64,000 nt of DNA from an uncultured Nitrososphaerales archaeon (GTDB taxonomy: Archaea > Thermoproteota > Nitrososphaeria > Nitrososphaerales > Nitrososphaeraceae), in NCBI GenBank assembly GCA_963695855.1, contig CAVOHZ010000010.1:256001-320000 (forward strand). Direction: 5' to 3'. Both the position numbers and the translations under genes were made by a program. Shown piece by piece: positions 41,149 to 53,467 of this stretch. The notes under the pieces are model-generated. The model was given only the letters and a program-made list of their open reading frames with translations. It was not told the origin of the DNA and searched no databases. Numbering within the stretch: position 1 is the stretch's first letter; the number at the start of each line of letters is the position of its first letter.

Positions 41149-42813
41149 TTGATAAAAAATAGAGTTTCTTTTAATAATAATTTCATCTTCCTGATACTGT
41201 TATTATCAATTTTATTTTTGTTATCTATTCAATTTTCTTATGCTGGTAATAATAATAGAAGTTTATTGCATAACAATGCAGAATTATTAGGATGGATTTC
41301 TATTATACCAATTAATATAATTATGCTGACATTAATTTAACATCATGGTCATACACTTTAGACAATAATAGATTTAGCTAAGAAAGGAAGCATACAGTTT
41401 ATCCATTTGATTGAGAGCAACAATCTTTCTAGAACAAGATTTGAGCAACTGTATAAACGAGAATCTGATGCAGGTGTAAAGGAAAGAATGTTGCTTGTGT
41501 TAAACGTAGTATATGACAAACATATTCCTGCACAGGTTGCAAGAGATCTCCACAGAAGCAGAACATGGGCTTCTGATTGGTTAAAGAGGTACAGGGAAGA
41601 AGGTATAGAAGGATTAAAAAACAGATCAAAAAGTGGTAGACCACCAGATATACCAGAAGAGACAGTATACAAGATAAAAAATAAACTGTCGTCTAGCAAA
41701 CAGGGATGGACTACAAAACAGGTTTATGATATCATAGTCAGAGATAGCGGTATACACTACCATCATATTTACATCTACACCTTACTTCGCAGATGGGGAT
41801 TCAAACAGAAAGTACCTAGAAAAGTACATGTAAACACTGCACCAAAAGAAGAGAAAGAAGGTTTTAAAAAAGAGCAAGAAAGATACTGGATAATCTCCAA
41901 GAAGGATTTACAGTAGTATCTACTGATGAATCATTCTTTTTCTTTGACTCTCTTGTAAGAAGAGTCTGGATAAGAAAAGATGAAAGACCAGTAGTGAGAA
42001 TTAATGGATCTCATCAGGCGTCAGTTCTATTTGGTGCCACAAGTTTAGAAGGAAAACAACTGTTCAGGCAATATGACTGGTTTGATGAAAATACATTTCT
42101 TAATTATCTAAAACAGATACACAGGAAATTTCCAAAATGTTATATATTTCTGGATAAAGCAAAACAACACTATAAATCAAAAAAGGTACTGCAATATTTT
42201 GACAAACACAAAAAGGATCTGATTCCAGTATATCTTCCAACAGCATCTCCAGAATTTATGGTACTGGAAGAATGCTGGAATATAGCCAAAAACCATCTGC
42301 TTGTCCTACAATACTATCGGTCATTTACAGATTTCATAATCAAAATATCTACATATTTTAGAACAAAAAGATTCAATCTGAATATGAGAAATTACCTGGT
42401 TGGAGGTGAGTAAGCATATTTATCTTAATTGGTATAGTTGTGGATTAATTGCTAGTCTTCCATTCATTTTATATGTACGTGTAAAGAAACTCTCAGTCAA
42501 AAGATTAGGTGGAGGAGATAGTTTAACTCGAAATCTTGCTCTAGAACATACACCAATAATTAATTTTCATACTGCTTTGAATCTAATAGGATTTTTTACA
42601 GGAATATTTCATGGAATATTGTTAGTACGTGGAATAGATTTTATTTCTATATCGTTAGTAATTGTTATAACTACACTCACTATTAGTGGCATTTTGATGA
42701 GATTTACAAAATTAAGAATTCTTAATCAGTTAAATAGAATAATACGTACACATATTATTCTCACAATTTTACTTGTAATTTTGGTAATCTTACATCTCTT
42801 GATTTCACAGTAG
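41149..42813 (+). pseudogene. Paralog of 10105 interrupted by IS630
   Basis: ELLGWISI | SCGLIA halves flank the IS. Confidence 0.9.
41306..42434 (+). mobile_element. Complete IS630 element; transposase split into two ORFs (41407-41916, 41994-42413) joined by a probable -1 frameshift
   Basis: TIRs TACCAATTAA/TTAATTGGTA; TA duplication confirmed against the intact paralog; slippery AAAAAAG at about 41866. Confidence 0.93.
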
Positions 42814-43039
42814 AAGGTTTGTTCTTGAAGGTAACATCCCATAATTTGGAACAGAAACTACAAAATTTATAATATCACACTTGATTCATGCATGAAATTA
42901 GTTCTATAAAACTCATTGGAAATCTGACAAAAAATAGGTATATTTTTGTCATGCAAGATAGAAAGCAAGAACATGTATAAAGTGTCCTTATCGATCATTA
43001 CATTATTTTGAGAGTATGAACTTTATGGATGTAAATGTT

Positions 43040-43500
43040 GACATATAAATTTCGTGACTTTGGAACTTATATTGGAGAATTTAATTATTTCCAAGATATA
43101 ATACATCATCTTGTTGACATTTTTACATTAGGTATCCTTGCATACAGAAGACAATTTTACGTACCTATCAATCAAAAACAATAGAAAGAGCATTAAGAAT
43201 ATTTAGATTAGCAATTATGATACTCTATTTGAAGAGATGCGAAATCTAAAACTATCATGTCAAATTGATATTGATGAAGGATTGTTTGGTGCTCATAAAA
43301 GAGGAGTTAAACCCGGATGGGGTTCGGTCGGGCACAAAAATTGGACAACATCAAGTAGTGGCCAATTAAAGGAGGAATAGGTAAGAAAATACTTATATTA
43401 ATGGAATTGAAGGATTCTGGATTTACGCCAAGACATCGTTGTATCGTTATAGACGAGTTCCTAAACAATATTTTCACCTATATCAAAAGAGCTAGAATTC
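43040..43500 (+). pseudogene. IS1595-like transposase remnant
   Basis: IDIDEGLFGAHKRGVKPGWG and NGIEGFW.YAK fragments. Confidence 0.65.
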
Positions 43501-43675
43501 AGATTCAATAACAGACAAAGATATATTTTATATGTTTACAAATATTCTCTTTAAAACTGTCCCTAAATCATTACGTATCACCTTAAGAGCATATGTTTTT
43601 CTACACTTTTAATAATTTTTAACTAATCAATTTAGAAAAAATCGCTTGATTTTTTAAATTATGTAACTTTTTAAA

Positions 43676-44500
43676 TTATGTATCTATCTCTTTATAGGTA
43701 TCAAATCTTTCGTGTTTTATAGCCTCTTTTATAATAGTAAATAATACCTGTTCAGCCATTTTACTTAGTATAGAAACATCATCTTTATATTCATCAAACG
43801 AAGAATGGTTTTTATTTCCAAGATAGACTTCTTTGATTTTATAGCCAGAAACTGCTGCCTCAATTAGGAACCAAACATCTATTCCCCATCCATCAGGAGG
43901 ATTACAATCTAGCATTTTCTTCCATACTGCAACGTTGGAACATACCTCTCCGCTTAATGGTTGTTCAATATGAGATAGTTCAGGAAAGAAAATTCGTAGC
44001 ATAGGTTTTGCAATAAGTTTTGTTACAGCAGCGTCACGAGGAAGCCTTTGATAGAAGCCTCTTGTCATATCAAAGCCTCCTTCCAATACCGGTTTTGCCA
44101 AATCATCAACCCACTCAGGGCTAATATTTCTTATATCAGAGTCTAAAAAAAGAATAGATTTATAGGGTTTTCCTGGATTGTTAGGATTAATATTACTATT
44201 TATTGCCTCAATCAAACCAGCCTTCATAGCTAATCCTTTACCCGGAAATTTTTTCAAGGCTTGTTGTATTATCTTAACGCCACCAACATTATTTGCAATT
44301 TCTATTGTATCGTCTGTAGAAAAACCATCAACTATTATAATATCTGGTTTGAATGAGCTACTTTTCACATTTATCAAGACATTCTCAATCGTACTACCCG
44401 AATTTTTTGTACATAAAATAACTGCTAAATTAGTAGAACTAAGTTCAAATGAATTATATTCGCTTCCTTTAACGATATTATTTTCTGATGATTCATTCAT
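43676..44500 (-). CDS. GT2 glycosyltransferase (glucosyl-3-phosphoglycerate synthase-like)
   Basis: VDGFSTD.T, GKG.AM, FLDSD and QPLSGE motifs. Confidence 0.85.
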   Translation of the reverse strand: MNESSENNIVKGSEYNSFELSSTNLAVILCTKNSGSTIENVLINVKSSSFKPDIIIVDGFSTDDTIEIANNVGGVKIIQQALKKFPGKGLAMKAGLIEAINSNINPNNPGKPYKSILFLDSDIRNISPEWVDDLAKPVLEGGFDMTRGFYQRLPRDAAVTKLIAKPMLRIFFPELSHIEQPLSGEVCSNVAVWKKMLDCNPPDGWGIDVWFLIEAAVSGYKIKEVYLGNKNHSSFDEYKDDVSILSKMAEQVLFTIIKEAIKHERFDTYKEIDT

Positions 44501-44788
44501 TTTTTATTTTAAAGCTTTAATGATATATAGGTTTTAGTTGGAGGTCTTTCTTTATGAACTAATTTTTTATTAAAATGCAAAATAAATTTTTTTAGGATTT
44601 TAATTTCTAAATGTCTTATATTTGAGTCCATAACAAAAGCCATGGATTTTTAAATATTTTTGTCCCCTACACCAGAAACATATACAGCTCTTTCTAAGAT
44701 GAATAATTTCTTGCATGAACATTTAGGTTATTAGATATCAGGAAAGGGAGTATTGAAATAATGCGAAAAAAAGGAATTTACACAATTT

Positions 44789-45067
44789 TCAAACAATAGA
44801 TGAATATATCAATAGATTTCCAAATGCATATGTTAATTTTCCTATTTTTGGTTCAAATTTTAATCTTGATTTATGTCTAATTATGGCATTAACTGCAGAT
44901 TCATGCATCTCTTCTTTAGCAAGGAATGGTTTTAATCCTTCTCTATATCGTTCATTTATAATATCACCGTTTTGATTTATTATGCTTATGCTAACCCATC
45001 TTATAGACTGGTTACAACTGATTATATTTTCAATAAAAATAGAATGAAATTCATTATTTAATACCAT
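44789..45067 (-). pseudogene. Truncated thaumarchaeal roadblock-like protein
   Basis: IRWV.II...G......REGLKP...FEPKIGKL.Y; weak C-terminus. Confidence 0.45.
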
Positions 45068-46266
45068 TTGTTCATTAGGTAATTTTTCTAATCATAATAA
45101 AAAAGTTATGAATGAGTATTATCATGAATAAAAAATTCTTTCACGATTAATTAATCTATTACTCTAGCAACATTACTACTATCAGCAATAATATGAGTCT
45201 CAGAAGATTTTTTGTCTTGATTGATTGATTGGTTAGTGCATCGTATTTGCTTCTTTTTATAGATATCCAAGAACAAGGATTATTCTGCAGTAAATAGATA
45301 AATGAATTAAAGCAAACGTTCTGGGTATTTTTTCCTTCCTTCCTTTATCTTTTTATTTATTTACTACCGTCAAAACACTTATCATTATTTTGTTCTTGAA
45401 AGTAATCCACCAAATGGGCGTGAAGATTCTCCATAGGTTAAGTTATATACTTCTTTTTTTCTCTCTGCATTAGGTTTATTAAGGTTGGTGCCGCAAAAAT
45501 ACATTATAGAGATTTTAGTGGTAATTATAATATACCATTACAGGCATTTAAGTGTTTGTATTTAAGTGTTCAACAATAGAGAACTTTTTTGTGTTCTATT
45601 TGAATTTTGACTATAAAATAATTAAAAAATACCTATACTACAAAACGGCAATTGCAACTATTATACTTATATTTTTTAATTTCTTTTATTTAGTTAATTA
45701 ATTATTTTATTAATTATTAGTATATTATTTTTCCTCCATTATTTTGTTCAGAGATCTACATCTGATTATAATGTTATCATAAGTATTGGTATAATTTCTA
45801 TGTATCTACAAGTACAAGCTTCAATAATCATCTTATCGATTTTATTTATGAAAAATTTCCAATCACAAGAGTACGTAATATATAGCAAATATTGAATAGT
45901 TCTTCAAGTATATATAAAGATTCTCATATAACAATGAACTACAAAAATAGCATATCGGATAAGGATGAAAAACTTGTATACGACTGTTAGATATTTTCAA
46001 ACAATGTTGAAAAAAATGGTTTCCAAGAGCTTACATAGCCTGTTAAGTCTTGTATGTGCTCCAGCTGTGAATGATAAAAATATTTAACATAAATTTATGT
46101 CAGTAATTTTATTGATTCTTTCTCTGTCTTAACTTACTGTACTTCAGGTTAAGGGCCCAATTGCTCTTTATTCTTCAAGTTCCCATGTATAAAGATTTGA
46201 GAATTATATCCATGTTACACTCTGGAAAATAATCCGATTATATAATAAAGAGGCCTATCTTTCTAT

Positions 46267-47442
46267 TTGGTTATATCAAAAATGGAGTTTATGAGTAATT
46301 TAAAGAATACAGCTGTGAATGGATTGATGGAAAAGCCGATTGTTGCAGATGAAAAAGATTCTATTTCTACAATAATAAACACACTTATCGAAAATAATGC
46401 TTACGATGTATTTGTAGGTCTTTCTGGAAAGATAGTTGGATATAATGTTCGTGATATCTTGGGAGTTAGGGATATCGCTTCTTCAAAACTTTCTACCATT
46501 GGAAAGATGATCCCTACTTTATCTCCAAATAGTAAAATTTCTGAAGCAGCTAGAATATTGAGTTTGTATAGACGCAGGGCACTCCCAATAGTAGATAAAG
46601 AACATATCGTCGGTCAAATATCTGCAAAGAAAATTGTGCAGAAGATAGATGAATATATGAAAAATGAGAAAAGTATGGAATTTCCTGCGTCAGAGCTAAT
46701 GTCAGGAAATCCGATTGTAATATCCAGTAAGGATACAGTATCTTCTGCAAGGACAATTATGAGAAGGAGACGGATAGATCATTTGCCAGTAATTAGTAAT
46801 GAAAAGCTCTCTGGGATTATAACTTCAACAGATATTATGGTAACAATGTTACCTTCAGAAAGGATTGGTAGAAGAACCCTAGGAGTAGATGCAGGTAAGT
46901 CAAGATTTGATATGTCCGTATCTGGAATAACTAATAAAGATGTTATAACGGCAGATATCACTGATAAAATTAAAACTGTGACCTATTTAATGACCAAAAC
47001 TGATTCTACTTATTGCATTATGAAAGTCGCCGATGAAGTTCAAGGCATCATTACTTATGGTGACATTATTTCTTTACTTCAAGAAGAAGAAAAGGTTGAA
47101 AATATTCCTATTTTTCTGATGGGACTACCAGATGATCCTTTTGAAGCGGAGCTAGCCAAATCCAAATTCAAAAGTATAGTTCAATACATGAAAAAGATTT
47201 ATCCAGATATAGAACAAGCAAAATGTCGTATCAAAATAAGAGAGACTCGCTCTCCAAGAAAAAGATACGAAGTCACGATAAACATTATGTCAACACATTC
47301 TAGTTATCACTACTCGGACTTTGGTTGGGATCTTAAGTATATTTTTGATCAAATAAGCAATACTATGAAGAAAAAAATTGCGCACAGAAGTAATCAGAGA
47401 CAAAGAAATACTATGAGAAATGTGGACATTCCACAAGAGTAG
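46267..47442 (+). CDS. Four-CBS + HPF/RaiA-like domain protein (archaeal ribosome hibernation factor-like)
   Basis: Repeated CBS motifs; C-terminal KRYEV.I.......Y..S..GWDL..IFD. Confidence 0.75.
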   Translation: MVISKMEFMSNLKNTAVNGLMEKPIVADEKDSISTIINTLIENNAYDVFVGLSGKIVGYNVRDILGVRDIASSKLSTIGKMIPTLSPNSKISEAARILSLYRRRALPIVDKEHIVGQISAKKIVQKIDEYMKNEKSMEFPASELMSGNPIVISSKDTVSSARTIMRRRRIDHLPVISNEKLSGIITSTDIMVTMLPSERIGRRTLGVDAGKSRFDMSVSGITNKDVITADITDKIKTVTYLMTKTDSTYCIMKVADEVQGIITYGDIISLLQEEEKVENIPIFLMGLPDDPFEAELAKSKFKSIVQYMKKIYPDIEQAKCRIKIRETRSPRKRYEVTINIMSTHSSYHYSDFGWDLKYIFDQISNTMKKKIAHRSNQRQRNTMRNVDIPQE

Positions 47443-47891
47443 GTACACGCAGGTTACCAAGTTCTACATGAAAATTATAAACTGAGGATTGATAGCAAAT
47501 TGGATGCAAGTTGGTACATGATGCATCGTAAAATTATAAAATTGTCGGTGACAATATTTAACTGACTCTATGGATAGAGAAATATGGATTTTTAAGCGCT
47601 TATAACTACATTTGTATTGCTAATAAACGCATCAGAATACGGATTGTTTTTAGTATACCAATAAATTTTATTTGACCTCTTTGAAAATCTTGGCAGAAGC
47701 AGAAGATGTAGCCTTCCGACTCATTAGTTAAAAAGACACGTTTCAAGATGAAATATATTATACAAAGGACTCTTGATAGTATATTTGATCATTCTGATCA
47801 ATTTCATGTGGTAATCACTGAATTTCTGTTTTGTTAAATTGTTATGGGTATCTCCATGGTTTCGTTTTTCACTATTCTTTACGCACTATAT

Positions 47892-48113
47892 TCATTTCTT
47901 AGTATTGCTGGAAGAAATGTTGGTTTTTTCATTTACTGATCGCATAAATGCTTTAACAAACCAAGTTCCCATTACAATTCCCATTCCTGTAGCAAATCCA
48001 GTGATAACAGTTGTCAGAAAAAATTTTTCGAAAGTGTTAACATTAGCTGGAGAAAAGAAACTTTTATCTCTCCTTATCATTCTTACATGATTGCTTTTTC
48101 GTTTTTTTACCAC
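47892..48113 (-). CDS. Small single-TM protein
   Basis: Basic N-terminus and a Gly-rich helix. Confidence 0.45.
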   Translation of the reverse strand: MVKKRKSNHVRMIRRDKSFFSPANVNTFEKFFLTTVITGFATGMGIVMGTWFVKAFMRSVNEKTNISSSNTKK

Positions 48114-48308
48114 ACTTTATTTTTGGTTTTTCTAGCTTTTAAAAATTCTATGGATCGTAGAATGTATCAGACTTATTTATTTATTAAATAAATATGACGA
48201 CGTACAAAAATGTAAATATTAGATAGTTTCATCAATTTATTACAGGTTTAAATAGAAAATACTGAAAATATTTAATAAACAGTAATATATAAAATTATTG
48301 TTGTCAGA

Positions 48309-49399
48309 TGCTGTGTTGAATAATTGATTATCATTAAAGCTATATAACAGCATTAAGTAGATCATCCATTGTCCAGTAAAAAGAATAGTAATAATAATCA
48401 AAATACAAAAACAAAAAAGAGGACAACAAAGAAGAAAAGAAACTGGAAAGAATATAATGAATCTCTAGTTCGACGTGGTGAAATAATGTTTGATACTAAT
48501 TTTTTATTGAATTGGCGAGCAGAATTAACAAAGATGAACAATGCAAAGAAAGGGGCAAAATATCTTTATCCGAATTCCTTGATATTGCTGCTCTCCACCG
48601 TACACGTATACTTACTTGCGTACAGACAAATGGAAGGATTTCTAAAGATAATGTCAAAGAATATTCCAAGACTAACAGAAATACCAGATTACACAACCAT
48701 GTGGTGGAGAATAGCAAGAACAAAAGTAGAACTAAATCCTACAATAACAAATCCAAACGGAAAAGAACTAATAACAATAGCAGTTGATTCTACTGGAATC
48801 AAGGTATCTAATAGAGGTGAGCGGATACGTGATAAATGGAATCAAAAAAGAAAAGGTTTCATAAAAATACATGTAGGAGTTAACATAAGAACAAAACAGA
48901 TTATCTCCATGGAAGTAACAAAAGAAAATATTGGTGATGGTAAGATGTTAAGGCCTCTAATACAGCAACAGCAACAACAACACCAACAACAGAAACAAAA
49001 TATAATAATAAGAGTAATAGCAGATTGTGCGTACGATTCTAAAGATAATTTTAGTTATCTCCACAGAATGGGTATGACACCAGTAATCAAGGTAAGAAAG
49101 AATTCATCGGACAAAACCAACAACAATTGTATACCGAGAAAACTGGTTGTAGTAGAACAACTAAAAGATGTAAGGAAATGGAAGAGGAAATACAAATATG
49201 GAATGAGTTGGATAGCAGAATCAACATTCTCTTCAATAAAAAGAACGTTTGGAGAATATGTTAAATCTGTAAAATGGAATAACATAGTAAATGAACTTCT
49301 TGTTAAGGCATATCTCTATAACATGTTTATGAAAGTAATATCAGTCTAATTTAAAAAATCTACAACGATTGCTATGTGTTATATTTATTCGACATAGCA
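48309..49399 (+). mobile_element. Complete IS5 (ISH1-like) element
   Basis: TIRs TGCTGTGTTGAATAA / TTATTCGACATAGCA; 8-bp TSD TTGTCAGA at 48301-08 and 49400-07. Confidence 0.93.
48369..49349 (+). CDS. IS5 (ISH1-like) transposase
   Basis: NWKEYNESLVRRGE, VDSTG, KIHVGV, AD.AYD and WIAESTFS.IKR motifs. Confidence 0.9.
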   Translation: MSSKKNSNNNQNTKTKKRTTKKKRNWKEYNESLVRRGEIMFDTNFLLNWRAELTKMNNAKKGAKYLYPNSLILLLSTVHVYLLAYRQMEGFLKIMSKNIPRLTEIPDYTTMWWRIARTKVELNPTITNPNGKELITIAVDSTGIKVSNRGERIRDKWNQKRKGFIKIHVGVNIRTKQIISMEVTKENIGDGKMLRPLIQQQQQQHQQQKQNIIIRVIADCAYDSKDNFSYLHRMGMTPVIKVRKNSSDKTNNNCIPRKLVVVEQLKDVRKWKRKYKYGMSWIAESTFSSIKRTFGEYVKSVKWNNIVNELLVKAYLYNMFMKVISV

Positions 49400-49977
49400 T
49401 TGTCAGAAAATATTAAGACATTACGTTTAAGATTGCCTGAATGTGAGTATAACTATCTTGTGCAAATTTCAAATTATCTACACAAGTAGTTAACGTACGA
49501 CGTGATCTCAAAAAAGAACAAACAAATAAACCAGCAGAACACGTCTAGTTGACTAAAGACATCTGAAAATTTTCCTGTAAGTCATAGACTAGAATCAGGG
49601 AATAAAACAAATACAATATTAACATAACAAGAAAAAAGAATAACAAAAATAACCAGGTCCGATATGAACTAATAATGGAACAAAACATCCGCTGGATAAA
49701 AAAAATTTTGCGTATTGCCTACTAAACACAGAAATAACTAAAAGGGTACATCAGAATATCCCACATTCCAGCATTCCTTGTGAATTAAGGCATGACAAGC
49801 AGATACAGCTGTAACATTTAATAAAGAATGAAGGTTCATCAGATGGAATTTTACAAAATATCTATTAAATTGAAAATATGGTTTATTGTTTTACTTTTGC
49901 TTATGAGTTAGAAATGAAAAAGATCTACATTATTAACCTGTTTGTCAGATAGAATCTGAACAAGTAGAGAAGAATGG

Positions 49978-51516
49978 ATGAAATTTAAGGCTAAAATACT
50001 CGGTATAGAATCCGGGGGAAGACCTGTCATCACTTTGAGTAAGGATGATTCTTATGAGCTAGGAGTAAGAAGCGGAGAACGGGTTAAACTTTTGTACGAA
50101 AATAAAGAAATGATTGTAATAGTAAATATTGTTACTAAATCCGTTCCAAAAGGAATTGCAGGTATTTATGATGAGCTGAGATCAATAGGCAACATCAGGG
50201 AAAACAGCATTCTAGAGATAGAGACCATAGATTATCCTCAGTCCATTTACTTTATACAAAACAAATTGAAAAAAGTTAAGTTAAATTTCAAAGAGATTTT
50301 TGAAATAATAAAAGACGTTGCAAATGGAAATCTAAGTGAATCTGAAATTGCAGCCTTCTTAACTGCCCTTGACCATCAGGGCTTAGATATCGATGAAGCA
50401 ACTAGCCTTACACTGGCAATGGTTGAGACGGGAAAGAAGTTGCAAGTAGCAAATAAGCCAGTATGTGACAAGCATTCTATTGGCGGAGTTCCTGGAGATA
50501 AAACCACGCTTCTTGTAGTTCCTATAATTGCTGCAGCAGGATTAACTATTCCAAAAACTTCTTCTCGTGCCATAACTTCTGCTAGCGGAACAGCAGACAG
50601 GGCTGAAATCCTCATGCCAGTTAATCTTACAATAGAACAGATGAAGATGGTTATAGAAAAAACTAATGGTTGTATTGTATGGGGAGGGTCTCTGGAATTA
50701 GCACCTGCTGATGATAGATTCATACAAGTTGAATATCCTCTTTCAATCGATCCTCTCTTACTCCCCTCAATCATGGCAAAGAAAAAGGCTGTCGGAGCAA
50801 ATTATTTGGTATTAGATATTCCATCAGGACGTGGCACAAAAGTAAAAACAACTGGTGACGCAGATCTATTGGCAAAGGAGTTCATGGAGCTTGGAAAAAG
50901 ATTGGAAATAAAAACTCAATCAATAGTATCCTTTGGCGAACAACCGATAGGTAATACTATAGGACCAGCTTTAGAGGTCCGGGAAGCCTTAGAAGTACTC
51001 CAAGGAAATCAAGTTCCCGATCTTATAGAAAAAGCAATAAACATTTGTGGTTTAATATTCGGTATGACCGGAATAGGAGGAAAGGAGCTTGCTCTAGATA
51101 TTTTGAAAAGTAGAAAGGCAGAGAAGAAAATGAAGGAAATAATATACAGGCAAGGTGGCAATTCAGAGATTCGAATTGAGGATATAAAAATTGGAGAGCA
51201 TAAGCTTGAAATTCAATCTGAAAATTCTGGAAATGTTCTATGGTTGGATAACAATATTATTGTTACAATTGCACGCTTGGCTGGTGCTCCCAAAGATAAG
51301 GGAGCTGGAATAATTATTCATAAAAAAATAGGACAAAAAGTAATGAAATATGATAAACTACTTACAATTTTTTCCGAGAAGAAAAATAAAATTCATAACG
51401 TAGAAAAAATGCTAACGGAAATAAAGCCATTTCATGTTGGTCATAGACAAGAAATGATAATTCACACTTTTCTAGATATTCCCGAACCTAAAAAAACGTT
51501 TATCTTGGAACGTTAG
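49978..51516 (+). CDS. deoA: AMP phosphorylase (archaeal thymidine phosphorylase family)
   Basis: N-terminal extension; DKHSIGGVPG.KT, PKTSSRAITS.SGTAD, ARLAGAPKDKGAG. Confidence 0.93.
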   Translation: MKFKAKILGIESGGRPVITLSKDDSYELGVRSGERVKLLYENKEMIVIVNIVTKSVPKGIAGIYDELRSIGNIRENSILEIETIDYPQSIYFIQNKLKKVKLNFKEIFEIIKDVANGNLSESEIAAFLTALDHQGLDIDEATSLTLAMVETGKKLQVANKPVCDKHSIGGVPGDKTTLLVVPIIAAAGLTIPKTSSRAITSASGTADRAEILMPVNLTIEQMKMVIEKTNGCIVWGGSLELAPADDRFIQVEYPLSIDPLLLPSIMAKKKAVGANYLVLDIPSGRGTKVKTTGDADLLAKEFMELGKRLEIKTQSIVSFGEQPIGNTIGPALEVREALEVLQGNQVPDLIEKAINICGLIFGMTGIGGKELALDILKSRKAEKKMKEIIYRQGGNSEIRIEDIKIGEHKLEIQSENSGNVLWLDNNIIVTIARLAGAPKDKGAGIIIHKKIGQKVMKYDKLLTIFSEKKNKIHNVEKMLTEIKPFHVGHRQEMIIHTFLDIPEPKKTFILER

Positions 51517-52656
51517 AAGTCACTTTGGCTAGCATAATTGTTTTCTATCCTGTCATCAGATTAAATATTTTCCTGATTTCTTTTATTCGACTTTGTTTGT
51601 TACTCGATACAATATTTAATATTATCAACGCGATCAATGATGGAAGCATATGATTTGAATGTGCAAAATTCCGAGAAAAATTAGTCTATTTATAAATTTT
51701 AGAAACCTCAAAATAGACCGGCGTAGGTCAAAAGTGACATTATTATAAACAATAACAGAGCAATAAAATAGATTAGATGTATAAAAATGGTCCATGAATT
51801 ATTCCCACTACAATATCTATTAGATCTGCTATAATATGGGAATTCAGTCTTGTTTTACGGTCAAGAATTAGATTCGTGTAAAATGGTCTGACGACTGAAA
51901 CTTTAAACGTATATTTTTTACCTTTAATATACACTATGAAAGGAATAGATTCCAGTAATCAGGTCATAAAATCAACTCAACCAAGAGATTCGTAAACTGA
52001 ACTGGTAAGAGTAGTTTTTTAGGCATAAGCAATTTCTAATATAAGAATAATTCTGCACATCTATAGTAACTATAATAAAAGAATTTATGATATTAGTAAA
52101 TGTACATATTTCTTGACTCTATTCAAAGATTGTTTGGTTTACCGGTTTTGTTTATTATCCTCTGTATTTTATAAATTGTTTAGATACCAGCTCAAACTAT
52201 TGCTTGTATAAAACCCTCAAGTACAAAGCAAGAAACAGTATTCAGTACAAAACGATTATAGTCTTTTTGTATTTACATTGTTGTCTATCTTTTTGATCTT
52301 AGTATGAGTATGGTAGGTGAGAAGAATTAGTTATTTTAGATCCTTTTCTTTTGATGTTCTTCATATTCTATATCAAATCATTTTTTATATTTTTTTTCTA
52401 AAATGAATAAAGCCATAAAGTCTCTTAAGAAACCCTACGTTTTAAAAAAGACATAAAAATGATACGGGATCGGATACTGAAAATAATTTTTTTCTGTCTC
52501 GCAAGTAAAAAAGGTACTTGGAAACGTCTTTCAAGCACACTTAAAAACAAAGGATAGTCTACAATCCAGACCGTAATATTAAGAAATTTAAGATATAATT
52601 ACCGGATATCAAAAAAGATAGATGTAAATTAATTATAATATTATTATTTTCTCCAC

Positions 52657-53343
52657 CTATAGATAAATTCCCAAAATATACCCCACAGCATAGGCAACCA
52701 TGGCAGCGATTCCTCCTATCAATAATGTATAAAACCCCGAACTAATAACTGATTTATTCACGATCTTTCCCTTAACTGAGCCTATGATAAAAAAAGATAT
52801 TCCAGTAAAAATAATAGAATACATCAATGCAAAATCTGTTGATAGGATGGAGACGTTCAGAATATAAGATATAACAAAAGGCACTAAGGGAACCAAGCCA
52901 AGTAAATTAAATGCAACAAAAGTTGTAATGGCTGACTCGAGAGGTTTCTTTGTATCATCTATCAATCCCAGTTCTTCTTTCATCATTGTATCTAGCCAAA
53001 TTTTCCTTCTTGAAGTAATCATTTTGACAATGTCATCTAATAGTGTATCTCTAAAACCTTTCTTTTCATAAATTTCTTTTATTTCTTGTTTTTCCTCTTC
53101 TGCCAAATTATCTATTTCCCATTCTTCCTTTTTTCTTTCTTTTTCGATATACTCTCTCCTTGTTTTTGCAGACAAATAATTCCCAACAGACATAGAAAAT
53201 CCATCAGCAAACAAGTTTGCAAATCCTAAAATGAGAATAACAGCAACAGGTAAAGATGCCCCGAAAGCTCCTGTCACTATAGCAAAAGTAGTAACGGACC
53301 CATCAGTAGCACCATAAACAAAGTCTTCTATAGACCAATTCAC
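52657..53343 (-). CDS. VIT1/CCC1 Fe/Mn exporter
   Basis: VYGATDG, ANLFADGFSM..GNYLS, MMKEELG. Confidence 0.93.
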   Translation of the reverse strand: MNWSIEDFVYGATDGSVTTFAIVTGAFGASLPVAVILILGFANLFADGFSMSVGNYLSAKTRREYIEKERKKEEWEIDNLAEEEKQEIKEIYEKKGFRDTLLDDIVKMITSRRKIWLDTMMKEELGLIDDTKKPLESAITTFVAFNLLGLVPLVPFVISYILNVSILSTDFALMYSIIFTGISFFIIGSVKGKIVNKSVISSGFYTLLIGGIAAMVAYAVGYILGIYL

Positions 53344-53467
53344 ATTTAATAATAAATATAGACATTTAAAAATATATTATAATTACTGTTTGTTAAAAAT
53401 AATGTTTTCATGAACTTTATTACACTTTACTAAACATACAAATACCTTTTTCAATAAAAATACAATA

